DNA of 64,000 nt from Massalongia carnosa (lineage: Eukaryota), in contig OZ287081.1 in assembly GCA_965645245.1 (NCBI GenBank), positions 930,001 to 994,000 on the forward strand, read 5' to 3'. The notes beneath the pieces were generated by a model. That model was not told the origin of the DNA, ran no database searches, and saw only the letters and a list, made by a program, of their open reading frames with translations. Below, one piece after another: positions 1 through 11,496 of the stretch (its first letter is position 1; every line of letters begins with the position of its first letter). The translations under genes and the position numbers were made by a program.

Positions 1-381
1 AAGAATAATCGTTTGTTGGCCCAGCTCGGTGATCAACATTGGTGTTGAGCTCTCGGTATGATTTCCAATTTTCAGAGATGGATAAATGGCCTGGGTAATA
101 GGCTTGCCTTTTCTTCCATCATATGCCTTTATCTCTTTCCGTCTATTTAACGTCACCGGTGAGATATTAGCCTTTTCACATATTTCCTGCGCAGTTAGTC
201 TATCAACAAAACAATAACCAGTAGATCCAGTATCAATCATCGCTCTCGTATTAAATTTATTTCCTACGATACAATCTTCCATTACTGGATGGTCATCGAA
301 TAAATCATCCTCCATAAAGAAAGATGTGATAACCAACTCATCTACCCCCGCCGCGTCTATGACGGAGGTGCGTCTTTTCCC
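1..381 (-). CDS. pol: E1 pol N-terminus (aspartic protease), reached by -1 frameshift, partial
   Basis: Open -1 frame from GGGAAAA (381-375): ...GVDELVITSFFMEDDLFDDHPVMEDCIVGNKFNTRAMIDTGSTGYCFVD; DTG motif. Confidence 0.85.
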
Positions 382-1652
382 GAATCTTCTGCTTCTGCGC
401 TCATCTCGCTAACCCGTCCCTTTCTAGGCTGAGGGCAGTCTTTGGCCATATGCCCGGTCAGATCGCAGTTAAAACATCTTCCTTCCTTCATTCTTTTCTC
501 CATGATTGGATCGGGATGGGGGGCTCGGGCCATAAAGGGCGTTGAAGATCGGCTGCTGGTGGCGGAAGGCATTGCGGGAGTACGGGTTAATGCGGGGGTG
601 GAGGCCTTTACGATGGAGGTGGTCCCACCGGCCGTGCTTGCGATAGGTATTGAGGGGCCAACAAAGTTCTTTCGATAGCCTTTCGTCTTGGTCTCAACCT
701 CGCGGATGGTCTGATCAGTATGCATGCATAGGCGTGCGAATTCATACAAATCGGTGGCCTTGTAGGCCTCGACGGCTAGCATCTTCTGGAGCTCAAAGTT
801 CATCTTGTTGCGGAGCTCATTCAGTAGGGTCTTTTCGGAATATTCAAGTTCGTTGGCTAAGCGTTGGAATTCTGACCAGAAGGCATGGAATTCTCGATAT
901 TTACCCACTTGTTTAAGGTCGCGGAATTCTCGCAGTGCTGTTTGTTCCTTGTGAGGGTCACCATATACTCGGTTTAAATCATCGAAAATCTCTTCAGCAG
1001 TGGTAAATGGTTTGGTAGACTCCTTTCTAAATCTAGAGGCTATATGCTTGACTGCCTCACCACCAACCCGAGTCCGTACGTATGCCTTTTTCATGGCCTC
1101 GGTAGGGTACCAATCCGCATTGCCTTCTAGCTTATTTCGCATGCTAGATAGCCAGTCCTCGAAGTTGTCGTCTTTATTATTTTCGAGAATGGGTGGGTCA
1201 GGAAGCTTGGAAGATTTGCCAACTCCTTCGGGGGCAGGTGTTGACGCGGTAGTGGTCGTGTGTGTATGCACATTCTCGGCCGATACGGTGCTTGCGGACG
1301 ATATGTTGGTGTTTTGAAGAAATTGGATTATCACCTTAGCTTTATCCAATTCCTCTTGGGCCGAGTCCCGCTCATCGCGAAGGGTCCGGGCTATCTCTAA
1401 CGTTTCATTGAATCTTTCGGCCACCTTGTTCAATAGGTGGGTCTTCGTTCGGGACTCCGTCTTCAACTCAGTTATCATTTCCACCACCCGCTGGGGGTCC
1501 TGGCGGACAAATTCATTCAGTCTATCCACGGAGTCGATGCTATATGGGGAGTCATCATCGATAATATTAGGGACAATGGACTCACGTCGGCCCTCCATGG
1601 GTTCGTCCATAGTGAGCCTACTCCTTCGAGGCTCGCTGATTACTCGGGGCAT
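357..1652 (-). CDS. gag: E1 Gag (431 aa)
   Basis: KLPDPP retrotransposon-gag region; CFNCDLTGHMAKDC zinc knuckle. Confidence 0.92.
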   Translation of the reverse strand: MPRVISEPRRSRLTMDEPMEGRRESIVPNIIDDDSPYSIDSVDRLNEFVRQDPQRVVEMITELKTESRTKTHLLNKVAERFNETLEIARTLRDERDSAQEELDKAKVIIQFLQNTNISSASTVSAENVHTHTTTTASTPAPEGVGKSSKLPDPPILENNKDDNFEDWLSSMRNKLEGNADWYPTEAMKKAYVRTRVGGEAVKHIASRFRKESTKPFTTAEEIFDDLNRVYGDPHKEQTALREFRDLKQVGKYREFHAFWSEFQRLANELEYSEKTLLNELRNKMNFELQKMLAVEAYKATDLYEFARLCMHTDQTIREVETKTKGYRKNFVGPSIPIASTAGGTTSIVKASTPALTRTPAMPSATSSRSSTPFMARAPHPDPIMEKRMKEGRCFNCDLTGHMAKDCPQPRKGRVSEMSAEAEDSGKDAPPS

Positions 1653-1920
1653 TTCTTCTTTCTTTCTTGGGGGTGTTCTTATCTTGTGATCTTCTATTCG
1701 ATGGCCGAGAAATCCTGGTTTCTACGATCCTGGGTTCTGGTTCTTCTGGGTCTGAGTTCTTCTTTTGATTCTGGTAATTCTGGTGGCCTAGAAATCCTTG
1801 CTTCTAAGGTCCTATGATCTGGTTCTAGTCTAAGTTCCGGGTTCTTCTTCTAATTTTCCTGGTTGAACGGTTTAATATCGTGTTCAGGATAGCAAGGGTT
1901 AAAGAAGATGCTTAGTCTAA

Positions 1921-2125
1921 TGTAAGAACCACTATCCAGGGAAGACGAATAGTAGTCAGCTACCTAAGAGACTAAGCATGAAGAAGAGAAATCTATCTAC
2001 AAAGAAGAATGTGAAATCTATATGCCCTTCTTCTCGAAGTTTCCATCCGGCTCTAGAAGCTTATCTCCGAAGCTTCGGTCGGAAAGAGCCGTTGGATTTA
2101 GCGCTCCCACACCCGAGTCCTGACA
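1921..2125 (-). repeat. E1 5' LTR (~205 bp)
   Basis: TG...CA ends on the minus strand; 11-nt self-complementary PBS directly downstream (1918-1908 vs 1979-1969). Confidence 0.75.
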
Positions 2126-2161
2126 CTACCCACCATCTTTGAGACGTAAAAACTTCACACC

Positions 2162-2515
2162 ATGCCCTCTGATTCTTATTATAAACTCGAAAATCGTATT
2201 GAAGAGGCTATCGACGCGCTTAATGAAGGTTAATACAAGAATTGTATGAAGGCTGCGCGTGCATACGACGTGCCCATTCGTCAACCTCAAAGACAATGGA
2301 ATGGGTCCAACTCGAAAGCACCCGCCCCAGCGTCAATAAAGCTCTTACGGAGGAGCAAGAGGAGGCGATTCGCGAGTATATTGATCGATGTGATCGATTC
2401 AATATGTGCGCCAGGCCGAAGATGATTGTGGGGCGGCGAATTATTTGATTCATTCTGAGAATCGAAAGGTAGGGCATCAGTGGTTCAGTCGATTTTTTGA
2501 GCGAAATCCTCAATA
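2162..2515 (+). pseudogene. pogo/Fot1-like transposase remnant A (N-terminal HTH domains)
   Basis: MPSDSYYKLENRIEEAIDALNEG*...KALTEEQEEAIREYI...VGHQWFSRFFERNPQY with stop and frameshifts; ends at TA 2514-2515 where pogo B starts. Confidence 0.75.
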
Positions 2516-2960
2516 CTGTAATAGGGTAGGCCTAACCGTACGACCGAGGTAAATCCGATGGACCGCACCCGGAGCTACGCTCCAGGTGCGGCTCACCTCC
2601 ATGACGCATTTTTAAAAATTTCTATCATCTATCATCAACCATTTATTATTCAACCACATCATGTCTGATTCGTACAAGAAACGAGAGGCTAACATTGCAA
2701 AGGCCTTAGATGCATTTGCGAAGAACACATACGAATCAGCCGCAGCCTGTGCCAAAGAATTCGATATTTCACCTCGTCTATTTCAAAGAAGACTACATGG
2801 ATATAGCAAGCGAAAAGCAGTCAATATGAGGCTGTCTACTGCACAAGAACTAGCCCTGAAGGAGTATATCGAATTTCTTGATGATATTGAATTATCAATG
2901 AGATTGCCATTGATTCGCGGTGCAGCTAATTATTTGTTGCAATTGCAACATCCTTCCTCG

Positions 2961-3250
2961 TGTTGAAATAGGTATATGACTATGGCTATATGGCTATGAT
3001 AAAAATGGTATGTATGACCGTGATGTTAAGGATGAAGAGTGCTGTTCAGCAGTCTTTGTCCCATAACTGGTCACCCTCTGCTAAGCGAGGTGATAAGATT
3101 ATCTGAGCTGATCTTATCTAATCTCTAGGCTAAGCCTAATACGGCATCTACGGTTTCTGTAGGTGCTCTGTCCATCTTGGGCAGTCGTAGGTGCTATGTT
3201 CATTGAACTGGTAGGTGTTCACTGTACTGGTAGGAGTTGAATATTCAACA
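2961..3250 (-). repeat. copia 3' LTR
   Basis: TGTTGAA...TTCAACA; no differences seen from 8575-8864. Confidence 0.97.
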
Positions 3251-3257
3251 CCCCCCC

Positions 3258-6200
3258 TCAAGTCCTGCCAGTACTTGTTTTGCCTGTAGGTTCAACCGTG
3301 GTTGAATTGTTATCCATGTGTAATTGTCTGACAAACGAGAAGAACTTAACATGAGTGAGAGGTTTTGTCAGTCCGTCTGCTATCATGTCTTCTGTTGAGA
3401 CATAGGTGAGGTCGATTCGTCCCTCGAGGACCTCGTTCCGGATGAAGTGATGCTGAATGTCTATGTGCTTAGTCCTAGCGTGTAAGACAGGATTGTTGGC
3501 AAGGGCTATGGCGCTTTGATTGTCGCCTTTTAATGCGATGGTGCCTTCTCCTCTTAACACATTTACCGTTGGGGATTCGTTGTCTATAGTCATTAATCCA
3601 AGTTCGGTCATCAGTAAACGTAGCCATGTGGCCTCCTTTGCTGCTAAGGTAAGTGCCATATACTCTGCTTCAGTTGATGATAATGCGACGGTTGTTTGTC
3701 TTTTGGAGCACCAGCTTATGGGTCCATTGTTTAACATGAAGACATAACCAGACGTTGACTTGCGTTCTTCCTTGTCTCCGGCCCAGTCGGAATCGGAATA
3801 CCCTTGTATTGTCAGGTCTCCTCCGCCGAAGGTGATACCTCTGTCCTTGGTAGCGCTAAGATACCTGAGAATATGTTTGGCCGCTTCCATGTGTGTCCTG
3901 CTTGGATTTTTCGAATGTCGACTGACTGCAGATGTTGCAAAAGCAATGTCGGGTCTTGTTTCTATCATCGCGAACATGATGGATCCAACAATGGTTTGAT
4001 ATTGTCTAATGTCTTTGTCGGAGGCTTGGGATTCATTGGTGAAAAGACATTCTTCTCGCATGGGAGTATTGGCTGTTTTTGCATTTTGCATATGAAATCT
4101 TTCTAGCACTTTCTCAATATAGGTTGGTTGAGATAGCTTGATGATCCTTTTGACTCGATCTCGTTCGACCTTGAGACCTAAGTAGTAACTGATCGGTCCC
4201 ATGTCTACCATTTTGAATGCTAGCTTGAGTTGTCTCTTGACTTCGGTGATCATTTGGGAGCCCTTTGGACCTATGATGTTCAGATCATCAACGAAAGAAG
4301 TAACGATGGGACCTTTTATGCCTTGAGGTGTGGCGAAGATGCTGTGGTCTGCGTGAAGCTTCTCGAGTCCTAATTTTTGCAGCAGAAAGGTAGAAAGTCG
4401 TTCATACCAGAGGCGAGGAGACTGTTTTAGACCATACAGGGCCTTGTTCAGTTTACATATCATGCCGGGTACGTCATAACCTTTTGGCATGTGAACATAG
4501 ATGAGTTGATCAATGAAGCCATTGAGGAAAGCTGTCACTATATCGAGTTGTTCGATATCCAAGTCATGATAAGCAGCTAATGCGAATATCAGACGAAAGG
4601 CCATCGGCTTGACCACAGAAGCGAAGGTTTGATCGAAGTCTACTCCGTATTGTTGTAGATATCCCTTGACGACCCATCTAGCTTTGAAGCGGGTGATGTT
4701 TCCATTCACATCTTTCTTTAGCTTATATACCCACTTACCGCTTAATGCTATGTGTCCAAGTTTCATGGTTTCGATAGGTACAGTGTCCCAGGTGTTGTTT
4801 TCCATGAGGCTCTTGTGCTCTTCGTTCATTGCCAGGCTCTATTCGTTTGAATAGCTGGAGTTCATTGCTTGATGATATGTCTGTGGCTCAGCTATGTCTG
4901 ATTGAACGAACGCATCAAGATCGTTTAGGTTTGCTGCTCCCTCTTTTTCCATTTCCTTGGCTAGAAGTATGAGTGGATCTTCTTCATCTTTGTCTACCAT
5001 TGTGAAGATATGCTCTAGTTCAGTCAGTGCTTCATTAGACAGAAGGGCCAGTACTTGTGCTACATGAGCATGTTTCCTGGGCCTACCTCTTCCTCGTTTT
5101 GAAGCTTCAGTGACTTCGGGATTTAACCGTGGTTGAGTTCTGGAAGAGTTGGAAATGGCTTTAGGCAGATTCTCATCTTCTTCAACAATCATCACGGAAT
5201 CGTATGTAGGCAGATCAGTCTCATTCTTGTCTATAGCATCTTCATGAATTCGTAGATCTTTGACTCGAATGACCTTGTAGTCTTTTTCCAGGAAGACGCG
5301 ATAGATAGTGTTTCCGTCATATCCACACAAGATTCCTTTCTGAGCTCTTGGGGCGAATTTTGCAGACTTGCTGTTCATTCCCTTTCGCTCTTGTTCATGA
5401 ATCAATGCATAAACGGTGGATCCAAGTACTCTCAAGTGATCTAGCTTGGGTGGTTTGTTCTCAAAGACTTCATAGGGGGTTTTACCTCCCAAGGCGTTTG
5501 TTGGTCTAACGTTTTTGGTGTGAACCATGGCTAAAACGACTTCTGTCCACAGATAATCTGGAATTCCTCCACCAATAACTGTGCATCTTGTCATGTCCAT
5601 GATGGTCCTACCCATTCGTTCTGCGACACCGTTTTCTTCTTGAGAATATGTGGCGGAAGGTTCATATATTATACCTTGTTGAAGGAACCAGTTATCTGAC
5701 TTGTGACTGCGTAGTTCTGTGCCGAAGTCAGTGCGAAAGATGCTTATTGGCTTTGCTTTCCCAGATTTGTTTTGAGCCATGTTGTTGTATGTCAACAAGT
5801 GATCAAACCATTCACTTTTTTTGTGTCCCGTATAAACATGAGTGTATCTGCTGGCGTCACAGGTGAAGGTGAAGAAGTAGAGCTCTTCAAGGAGCCCTAC
5901 TGGTTTGATTGGTCCTACCATGTCGGAGTTTATTTTCTGGAAGATCTCCGTGGCTTTCTCTTGTGGAGTTCGATTGTATATCTTGGTGGCTTTCCCCATC
6001 TCGCAAGCATGACAGAACCAACCCTGATTGATATCGTCAACAAACGTTATGTTCAGTGTTTTCAGGTACTTTCGGCATGTCGGTATGTTGAGATGACCAA
6101 GACGTGCATGCCAAGTTGTGAGCTTGAATTTTATGAAAGTTTGATGAATAGCGACGTTTTCTTCTTGATAAGTGTTCTCGTCAATCTTGTTCAGATGCAT

Positions 6201-6635
6201 CCTCATATCTAGAGTGTCTATGGTTTGTAGCATGAAGTTGCTGTTAACTCTGGGTACATAACATATGATTTTCTTGGTAGGTTCAAGGAACAGTCTCCAG
6301 TTCGAGTTATCATAGAAAATAGAATGCTGATTGAGTAGTCCAAGGCTGACGAGGCTCACAGGGCATTGAGGAATGTAAAGTACATTGTTGAGGGTCAAAA
6401 CTGAACAAGGTGATCCGTCCTCTGATGTCAAAGTTTTTTGAATAGTCCCTCTTCCTGGCGATGTGCCTGTGGACGTTGATCCTGCTAGTCCTGTAGGATA
6501 GTCTATGTAGTCAGTGAAAGAGGGTCTGTGATTGCATACATGCATATCTGCCGCGCTGTCCAATAGCCAAGAACTTCTACTGAGACTTGTCATAGTCATG
6601 ATCTTCTGTAGTCTAACGGTCATGACCTTTGTGAG
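3258..6635 (-). pseudogene. pol: copia pol (PR, IN, RT, RNase H) with one in-frame TAG at 4841-4839
   Basis: WLLDSAA protease, WHARLGH...CHAC zinc finger, ENGVAER integrase, FVDD RT, YSDSDWAG RNase H; ORFs 4839-6623 and 3258-4829 share a frame. Confidence 0.92.
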
Positions 6636-7577
6636 TCAACTGCTCACAGTTGGTAGGTCTGTTGATACGGTGGATGTCGGGACCGTTTCCGTTTTGGAAT
6701 CAGAGGTCCTTGTTCCTCTTGTCTTCATAGACTCCAAGGGGTATGTTTGACGTCTCAGATTTGGGTATTTCTGAAAGCATTTCTCTAGTAAGTGGGAAGT
6801 CCGCCCTCTTCGGACACATTCTGGAAAGGTGCAAGTTCCTGGTGGTGCTTTTCCGTTGTTTCCGGCAACGCCAGTTCTGGAAGCATTGATGTGGAGTGCC
6901 TTCCTCTCTGGCCTGCTGATGGAGTAAGAGGTGATTGATCTGCATGCAGTCGTGAGGTTCGATCTGCCAGTAATCCAATCCCGACGAAGTTGAGCTATAA
7001 GGGGTAGATAGTCCTCGATGACGTTTCGTAACAAGTATCCTTGAAGGACTTGTTCTGCTCCCTTTGCGTTCAGTTCCGAGTCCTCATCTATCATGCCTTT
7101 TATGGAGTTCAATGCTTTTTCATACTTAGCGCAGTATTGAGTGACATTCTCATAATTCGTCATCTTCTTGGAGTTCATGTTGTAGAGAATGTCGGTGATG
7201 CTCATGGGTGCGATGTCCTGAAACTTGATCTTCAAGATTCTCCACATATCGCCAGCTGTGCGGGTTGATATCAGAGTGTGATGCTGTGGGGCGACACGCA
7301 TTTGAATGATTCCTTCGGCCTTGAGCATGAGAAGGCTCTGCTTTTCAACGTCAGCTCCGACTTTGGTAAAGATTTGTTCATCCTTGAGATTCGCCTCGGT
7401 GAAGCCCATCTCCAAGTACTTGCGCTTGACTGTCTGATACGTGATAGCGGCAATGTTGTCTTGAATAGCAAAGATACAATTCTTTTGCTTCAGAATGCCC
7501 TCGGTGTGCACAACCCATTGTGGATAATCTTCCGCTTTTTCTAACAACTGAATCACGTCTTGAGTAGAACTAGACAT
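6636..7577 (-). CDS. gag: copia Gag (313 aa), ends in UGA in frame with pol
   Basis: Position upstream of protease; TAGDMWRILK gag motif; variant knuckle CTFPEC...H...C. Confidence 0.85.
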   Translation of the reverse strand: MSSSTQDVIQLLEKAEDYPQWVVHTEGILKQKNCIFAIQDNIAAITYQTVKRKYLEMGFTEANLKDEQIFTKVGADVEKQSLLMLKAEGIIQMRVAPQHHTLISTRTAGDMWRILKIKFQDIAPMSITDILYNMNSKKMTNYENVTQYCAKYEKALNSIKGMIDEDSELNAKGAEQVLQGYLLRNVIEDYLPLIAQLRRDWITGRSNLTTACRSITSYSISRPERKALHINASRTGVAGNNGKAPPGTCTFPECVRRGRTSHLLEKCFQKYPNLRRQTYPLESMKTRGTRTSDSKTETVPTSTVSTDLPTVSS

Positions 7578-7768
7578 CTTGTGAATGAAGAGTAGAAAGC
7601 TTGTGAATGAAGAACTTGATTTTTATATCTTAGAGTTCTATAATACAATGTGTGAGGGATAAAGTAGGAGGATGATGTGTTGACTTCTCCTTATGAGAAA
7701 AACAAGCAGCATTCCTTTTACTTATCATCATGCACCTCATTGTCCTAGCAATATTTGCTCCAAGCCCA

Positions 7769-8019
7769 TATCCTAGTGAAAATTTGTCTAACACTTGGTG
7801 GCTTGATTGTAGTCTGATGAACTTTGATCTATCATCGGCTTGTATCCTAGTGAACTTTTACCTATCACTTGGTGGCTTGATTGTAACCTGATGAACTTTG
7901 ATCTATCATCGGCTTCTATCCTAGTGAAATTTTATCTATCACTTGGTGGCTTGATTGTAACCTGATGAACTTTGACCTATCATCGGCTTGTATCCTAGTG
8001 AACTTTTATCTATCACTTG
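7769..8019. repeat. 74-bp tandem repeat, ~3.4 copies, in copia 5' leader
   Basis: Units start TATCCTAGTGAA at 7769, 7843, 7917, 7991. Confidence 0.9.
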
Positions 8020-8562
8020 ACGACAAGGAAAAACAGAGTCTGAACAGGGATATACCGTTTTCATTTAACAGGCACAGGGCCTGTTAAATGAAACAGGGTT
8101 CTTCCACTTTCACTACTCCCATGTTTTCCCTTCTGTGGCGTTCAAGAAATCTCTTTTGGCAAGGAAGGACTACTTTTCCAAGATGGGTCTGTATCTCTTC
8201 CTGCTCCCTGAACCTAGTTGACATAGTGGTATCCTTTGGTCTTTAGAGGTTCATCGTTCCTTCTAATCTCCAGGCATACACGCTATTCAAAGGTTTGTTG
8301 AGATTGCCTTGGGCCTTTGGGCTAACGGCCTGTCTGGTGTCCAAGGTCTTTGTAGGTATTGTGCATTTGAATTTCGTGTAATGATGCGTGTGCGTAGTTC
8401 ACGATAGATAATCGTGGTGAGGTAAATTCTAAGTACGCAAAGAAATTTTTTAGTATTGCATCTAAGGGGGTTTTTTTTTGTAAACGATGATGCTTAGCTA
8501 TTATGCACTGTAGTGCTGCGGATGAGCAATTCGATTCGTGACTGAATCGATAGCGCCCTTCC

Positions 8563-8574
8563 GGGCTCATAACC
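8563..8574 (-). promoter_or_regulatory. copia primer-binding site, initiator tRNA-Met half-molecule type
   Basis: GGTTATGAGCCC immediately after the 5' LTR; complementary to the tRNAi-Met anticodon arm, as in yeast Ty5 and Drosophila copia. Confidence 0.88.
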
Positions 8575-8864
8575 TGTTGAAATAGGTATATGACTATGGC
8601 TATATGGCTATGATAAAAATGGTATGTATGACCGTGATGTTAAGGATGAAGAGTGCTGTTCAGCAGTCTTTGTCCCATAACTGGTCACCCTCTGCTAAGC
8701 GAGGTGATAAGATTATCTGAGCTGATCTTATCTAATCTCTAGGCTAAGCCTAATACGGCATCTACGGTTTCTGTAGGTGCTCTGTCCATCTTGGGCAGTC
8801 GTAGGTGCTATGTTCATTGAACTGGTAGGTGTTCACTGTACTGGTAGGAGTTGAATATTCAACA
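8575..8864 (-). repeat. copia 5' LTR
   Basis: Direct repeat of 2961-3250, adjacent to PBS. Confidence 0.97.
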
Positions 8865-9700
8865 CCTCGTCTTCATCTTCTCTCACCCGCGTAGGAAAAT
8901 GCTGGACCGGACGATTCTTGAAAAGAAATCCTCAATTTTTCATGCAAAAAGGCAAGCCATTAGCAGCCGAAAGGAAAAACGCTCACAATGTTACGGATAT
9001 TCAAACTTATTTCTCTTCATTTCAATCGACTGTAGCCCTTCTTGGTATAACTCCAGATGATATATGGAATATGGATGAGACAGGCTTTCGAGTTGGCTGT
9101 GGGGTAACCCATTTGGTGAAATCGCATTCCACTCCCCACCGAGGCTCAACAAGCTTCGCTTGACAAAAAGAGATTAAAAATTCACAGCAATTTGGCAAAA
9201 GCGGAGAGTTCACTAGCAACGCAAATTCGCACGGAGAAAATCGGGCTAGCCAACTTTCTTTTCAACCGAAGGGTACCCAATGTAAACTCACCGGCGTGCA
9301 TATGTGGATGGCCAAGGCAGACGGCTAAACACGTTATCATGCACTGTCAGCTGATAGACGGAAGAAATGAATTATTTAATCAAGTGAAAACTAACAATTA
9401 TCGTACGATAATTGAAAATTCCGCAAAATTGAAAAAGCTGACAGCATGGTTAATGCGGGCAGATATACTAAAACAGTTTTCAATTGCAGCGACCATGCTG
9501 TACGGATAGTTCCCGTCGACACAGCATTTGAAATGTTTGACTTCTTCCCCATTTCTTTCGTTCTTTTCCTTTTTCTTTCAAGGACCTCACAGATACACGT
9601 TACTAGGTACACTGAGGGGTCATGGGGATCCCGCAGGCGATAATTCTGGTTACTAGGTTTTTATTTCTTAAAAGGTTTTCCTATGTACAATAGTCATATA

Positions 9701-10244
9701 TGTCATGAAACGGCTTCGAACCAAAAGGATCTCGGCCTTATGCCTAGTTGCCCCCTCTATCCTGTCTCTACCTACCGTACCGCAGGTTCATTGGAGCTAC
9801 CGCGGGTTCATTGGACCTAACGCAGGTTTATTGGACCTAACGCAGGTTCATTAGACCTAACGCAGGTTCATTGGAACTACCGCGGATTCATTGGACCTAC
9901 CGCGGGTTCATTGGACCTACCACAGCTTCATTAGTCAGTGCGCGCTGTTCCAACCTTTCTCGATGCGGTTAGATCAAGTACGGCTCCGCCTCCGATCTTC
10001 GAAACCATAATTACCCGGTCCCCATTAGGTGTCTTCGTATTAACTTAGGAAAAGGAGATGAATAGGAGACATCGAAGATCAAGGAAACAAAGGGGTAAGG
10101 AGGTGAGGAACAGATATAAAAGAAGGGGTCGAGTCTCGAAAGTTCTGGCTCCTTGTCCGACGTCTTGAATAGCCAATCTAGCCTAGCTGTAGCTATAGAC
10201 TCAGTCAATTAGAAAGCTTGACCATCCAATCCAGTCCCTTGACA
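9701..10244 (+). repeat. E2 5' LTR
   Basis: TGTCATG...TTGACA; TATAAAA at 10115. Confidence 0.97.
9779..9934. repeat. 20-bp tandem repeat (~7.8 copies) in E2 U3; repeated at 15985-16140
   Basis: Consensus A(C/A)CGC(A/G)GGTTCATTGGACCT, head-to-tail. Confidence 0.95.
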
Positions 10245-10317
10245 TTACGTCGGACCTATCCCTTAAAAAGTGCCTTCCATAGCACTTTTCTCCATCCATT
10301 CCTTTTTCAACCCAGCC

Positions 10318-11496
10318 ATGTCTTCTCTGGAAGAAAACCCCCCTCATCAGGACGAGCGTGTGAGATTTGTTCAGGAACGTCTTCAATCCAACCCTCAACA
10401 GTTCTTGAACGAAATGGAAGCCATGTCGAACGAATTAGCTCAGCTTCGCGCCGCTGCCAAAACCCCATCCCCGTCCGCTTCCGATCCCCCCGTCTCGACT
10501 CTCAACCCAGCTCTCGCCCCATCCTTGGATCCGCAGATAGCTGCCCTGATGAAGCTACTCCTAGCCAGGAACCCCGAACCACGTTCAGAAAAGCTCCCAG
10601 ATATTCCGGAATACGACGGGGACGAAGCTCGACTGGACGCCTGGGAACAAAGCCTCATTCAGCGAATGCATATAAACAATGATCGCTATCCCTCCGACGA
10701 ATCTAAAATCGCGTATGCAGAAAATCGACTAATCATCGGAAAAAAGGCTCACAACCTCATGAACTCCTATCGAGTTGACGGCCTTTGCACACTGACCTCC
10801 TTCTCCGACTGGCGATTCGCTCTTCGTCGTGCCTGTGGCAACCCCTACGAACAAGAAGATGCTCGAAAATATCTCCGAGAAACGTTGAAACAGGGCAGTA
10901 TGAGCTTTGAGGAATACTATAACCTGTTCTCCCAAAAGAAGGATCGTTCGAGAATGGAGGACGCCTCTCTGATTGACGCTATGAAGACAAACGTCAACTA
11001 TTCAACCCAGTCAGCGGCCCTCATGTATCGGGTTCCGGGTACCAATCGACAACCGATTACTTTCGATGAACACGTCACCATGTGGTTGGAGACGGACCGC
11101 GGCCTGCGTCAAATTCGTCACCTCGCCCCTAAATCCTCCAACACTACCGCGGGACTCAATGCTTCGGCCGCCATCACCTCAACGTCCCGAAAGGGACAAT
11201 CAACCAATCAGCCCTCGGCAGTCAGAGCTGCTTCTGTCCCCTCCTCTTCCACCCCCCCAGCACCTCTGCCCGTCGGCGACCCGATGGATCTTAGCTCTGC
11301 TATGGCCGCAGTCAAGGGCCATTCACTAAAAACCGAGGGAGTTAGGAAGATTTGCGAAGACTGGAAACTCTGTTTTTATTGCAAACGCCAGCATCCCGGG
11401 AAGTCAGCCATTGACTGTCCCAATAAAAAATCAACTCACCTTCGAACCATGGATCTCATCCCCGAGGGTCCTGATAACAATCAGGAAAAAGCCTAG
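10318..11496 (+). CDS. gag: E2 Gag
   Basis: First ATG at 10318 (GCCATG); SEKLPDIPEYDGD, DPMDLS motifs; variant knuckle CFYCKRQH...C. Confidence 0.92.
   Translation: MSSLEENPPHQDERVRFVQERLQSNPQQFLNEMEAMSNELAQLRAAAKTPSPSASDPPVSTLNPALAPSLDPQIAALMKLLLARNPEPRSEKLPDIPEYDGDEARLDAWEQSLIQRMHINNDRYPSDESKIAYAENRLIIGKKAHNLMNSYRVDGLCTLTSFSDWRFALRRACGNPYEQEDARKYLRETLKQGSMSFEEYYNLFSQKKDRSRMEDASLIDAMKTNVNYSTQSAALMYRVPGTNRQPITFDEHVTMWLETDRGLRQIRHLAPKSSNTTAGLNASAAITSTSRKGQSTNQPSAVRAASVPSSSTPPAPLPVGDPMDLSSAMAAVKGHSLKTEGVRKICEDWKLCFYCKRQHPGKSAIDCPNKKSTHLRTMDLIPEGPDNNQEKA

Larger units (their letters stand above)
1..2125 (-). mobile_element. Ty3/gypsy LTR retrotransposon E1, 5' part (runs off the window start)
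   Basis: Minus strand: LTR 2125-1921 (TGTCAGG...CTTACA), gag 1652-357 with CCHC knuckle, -1 frame protease (RAMIDTGSTGYCFVD). Only one LTR is visible, so its boundaries are inferred. Confidence 0.9.
2961..8864 (-). mobile_element. Full-length Ty1/copia LTR retrotransposon (5904 bp)
   Basis: 290-bp LTRs 2961-3250 and 8575-8864; TSD CCTCG (2956-2960, 8865-8869); PPT 3251-3260; gag-PR-IN-RT-RH order. Confidence 0.97.
2516..9118 (+). mobile_element. pogo/Fot1-like DNA transposon B, 3'-truncated, split by the copia element
   Basis: Starts after TA; ORF 2661-2960 resumes in frame at 8870 (VGKCWTGRFLKRNP...IWNMDETGFRVG) and breaks at ~9118 against LINE sequence. Confidence 0.8.

Noticed and set aside
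7814..7935. Hammerhead-like CTGATGA...GAAA in the 74-bp repeats
   Set aside because: Antisense to the element, GAAA present in only two of four units, helix II only 3 bp, no convincing helices I and III.
9779..9934. CRISPR-like regular repeats
   Set aside because: Head-to-tail 20-mers with no spacers, inside a eukaryotic LTR; no cas genes.
10011..10208. Identical 65-aa minus-strand ORFs (also 16217-16414)
   Set aside because: Consequence of the LTR duplication; no recognisable motif or true ATG support.
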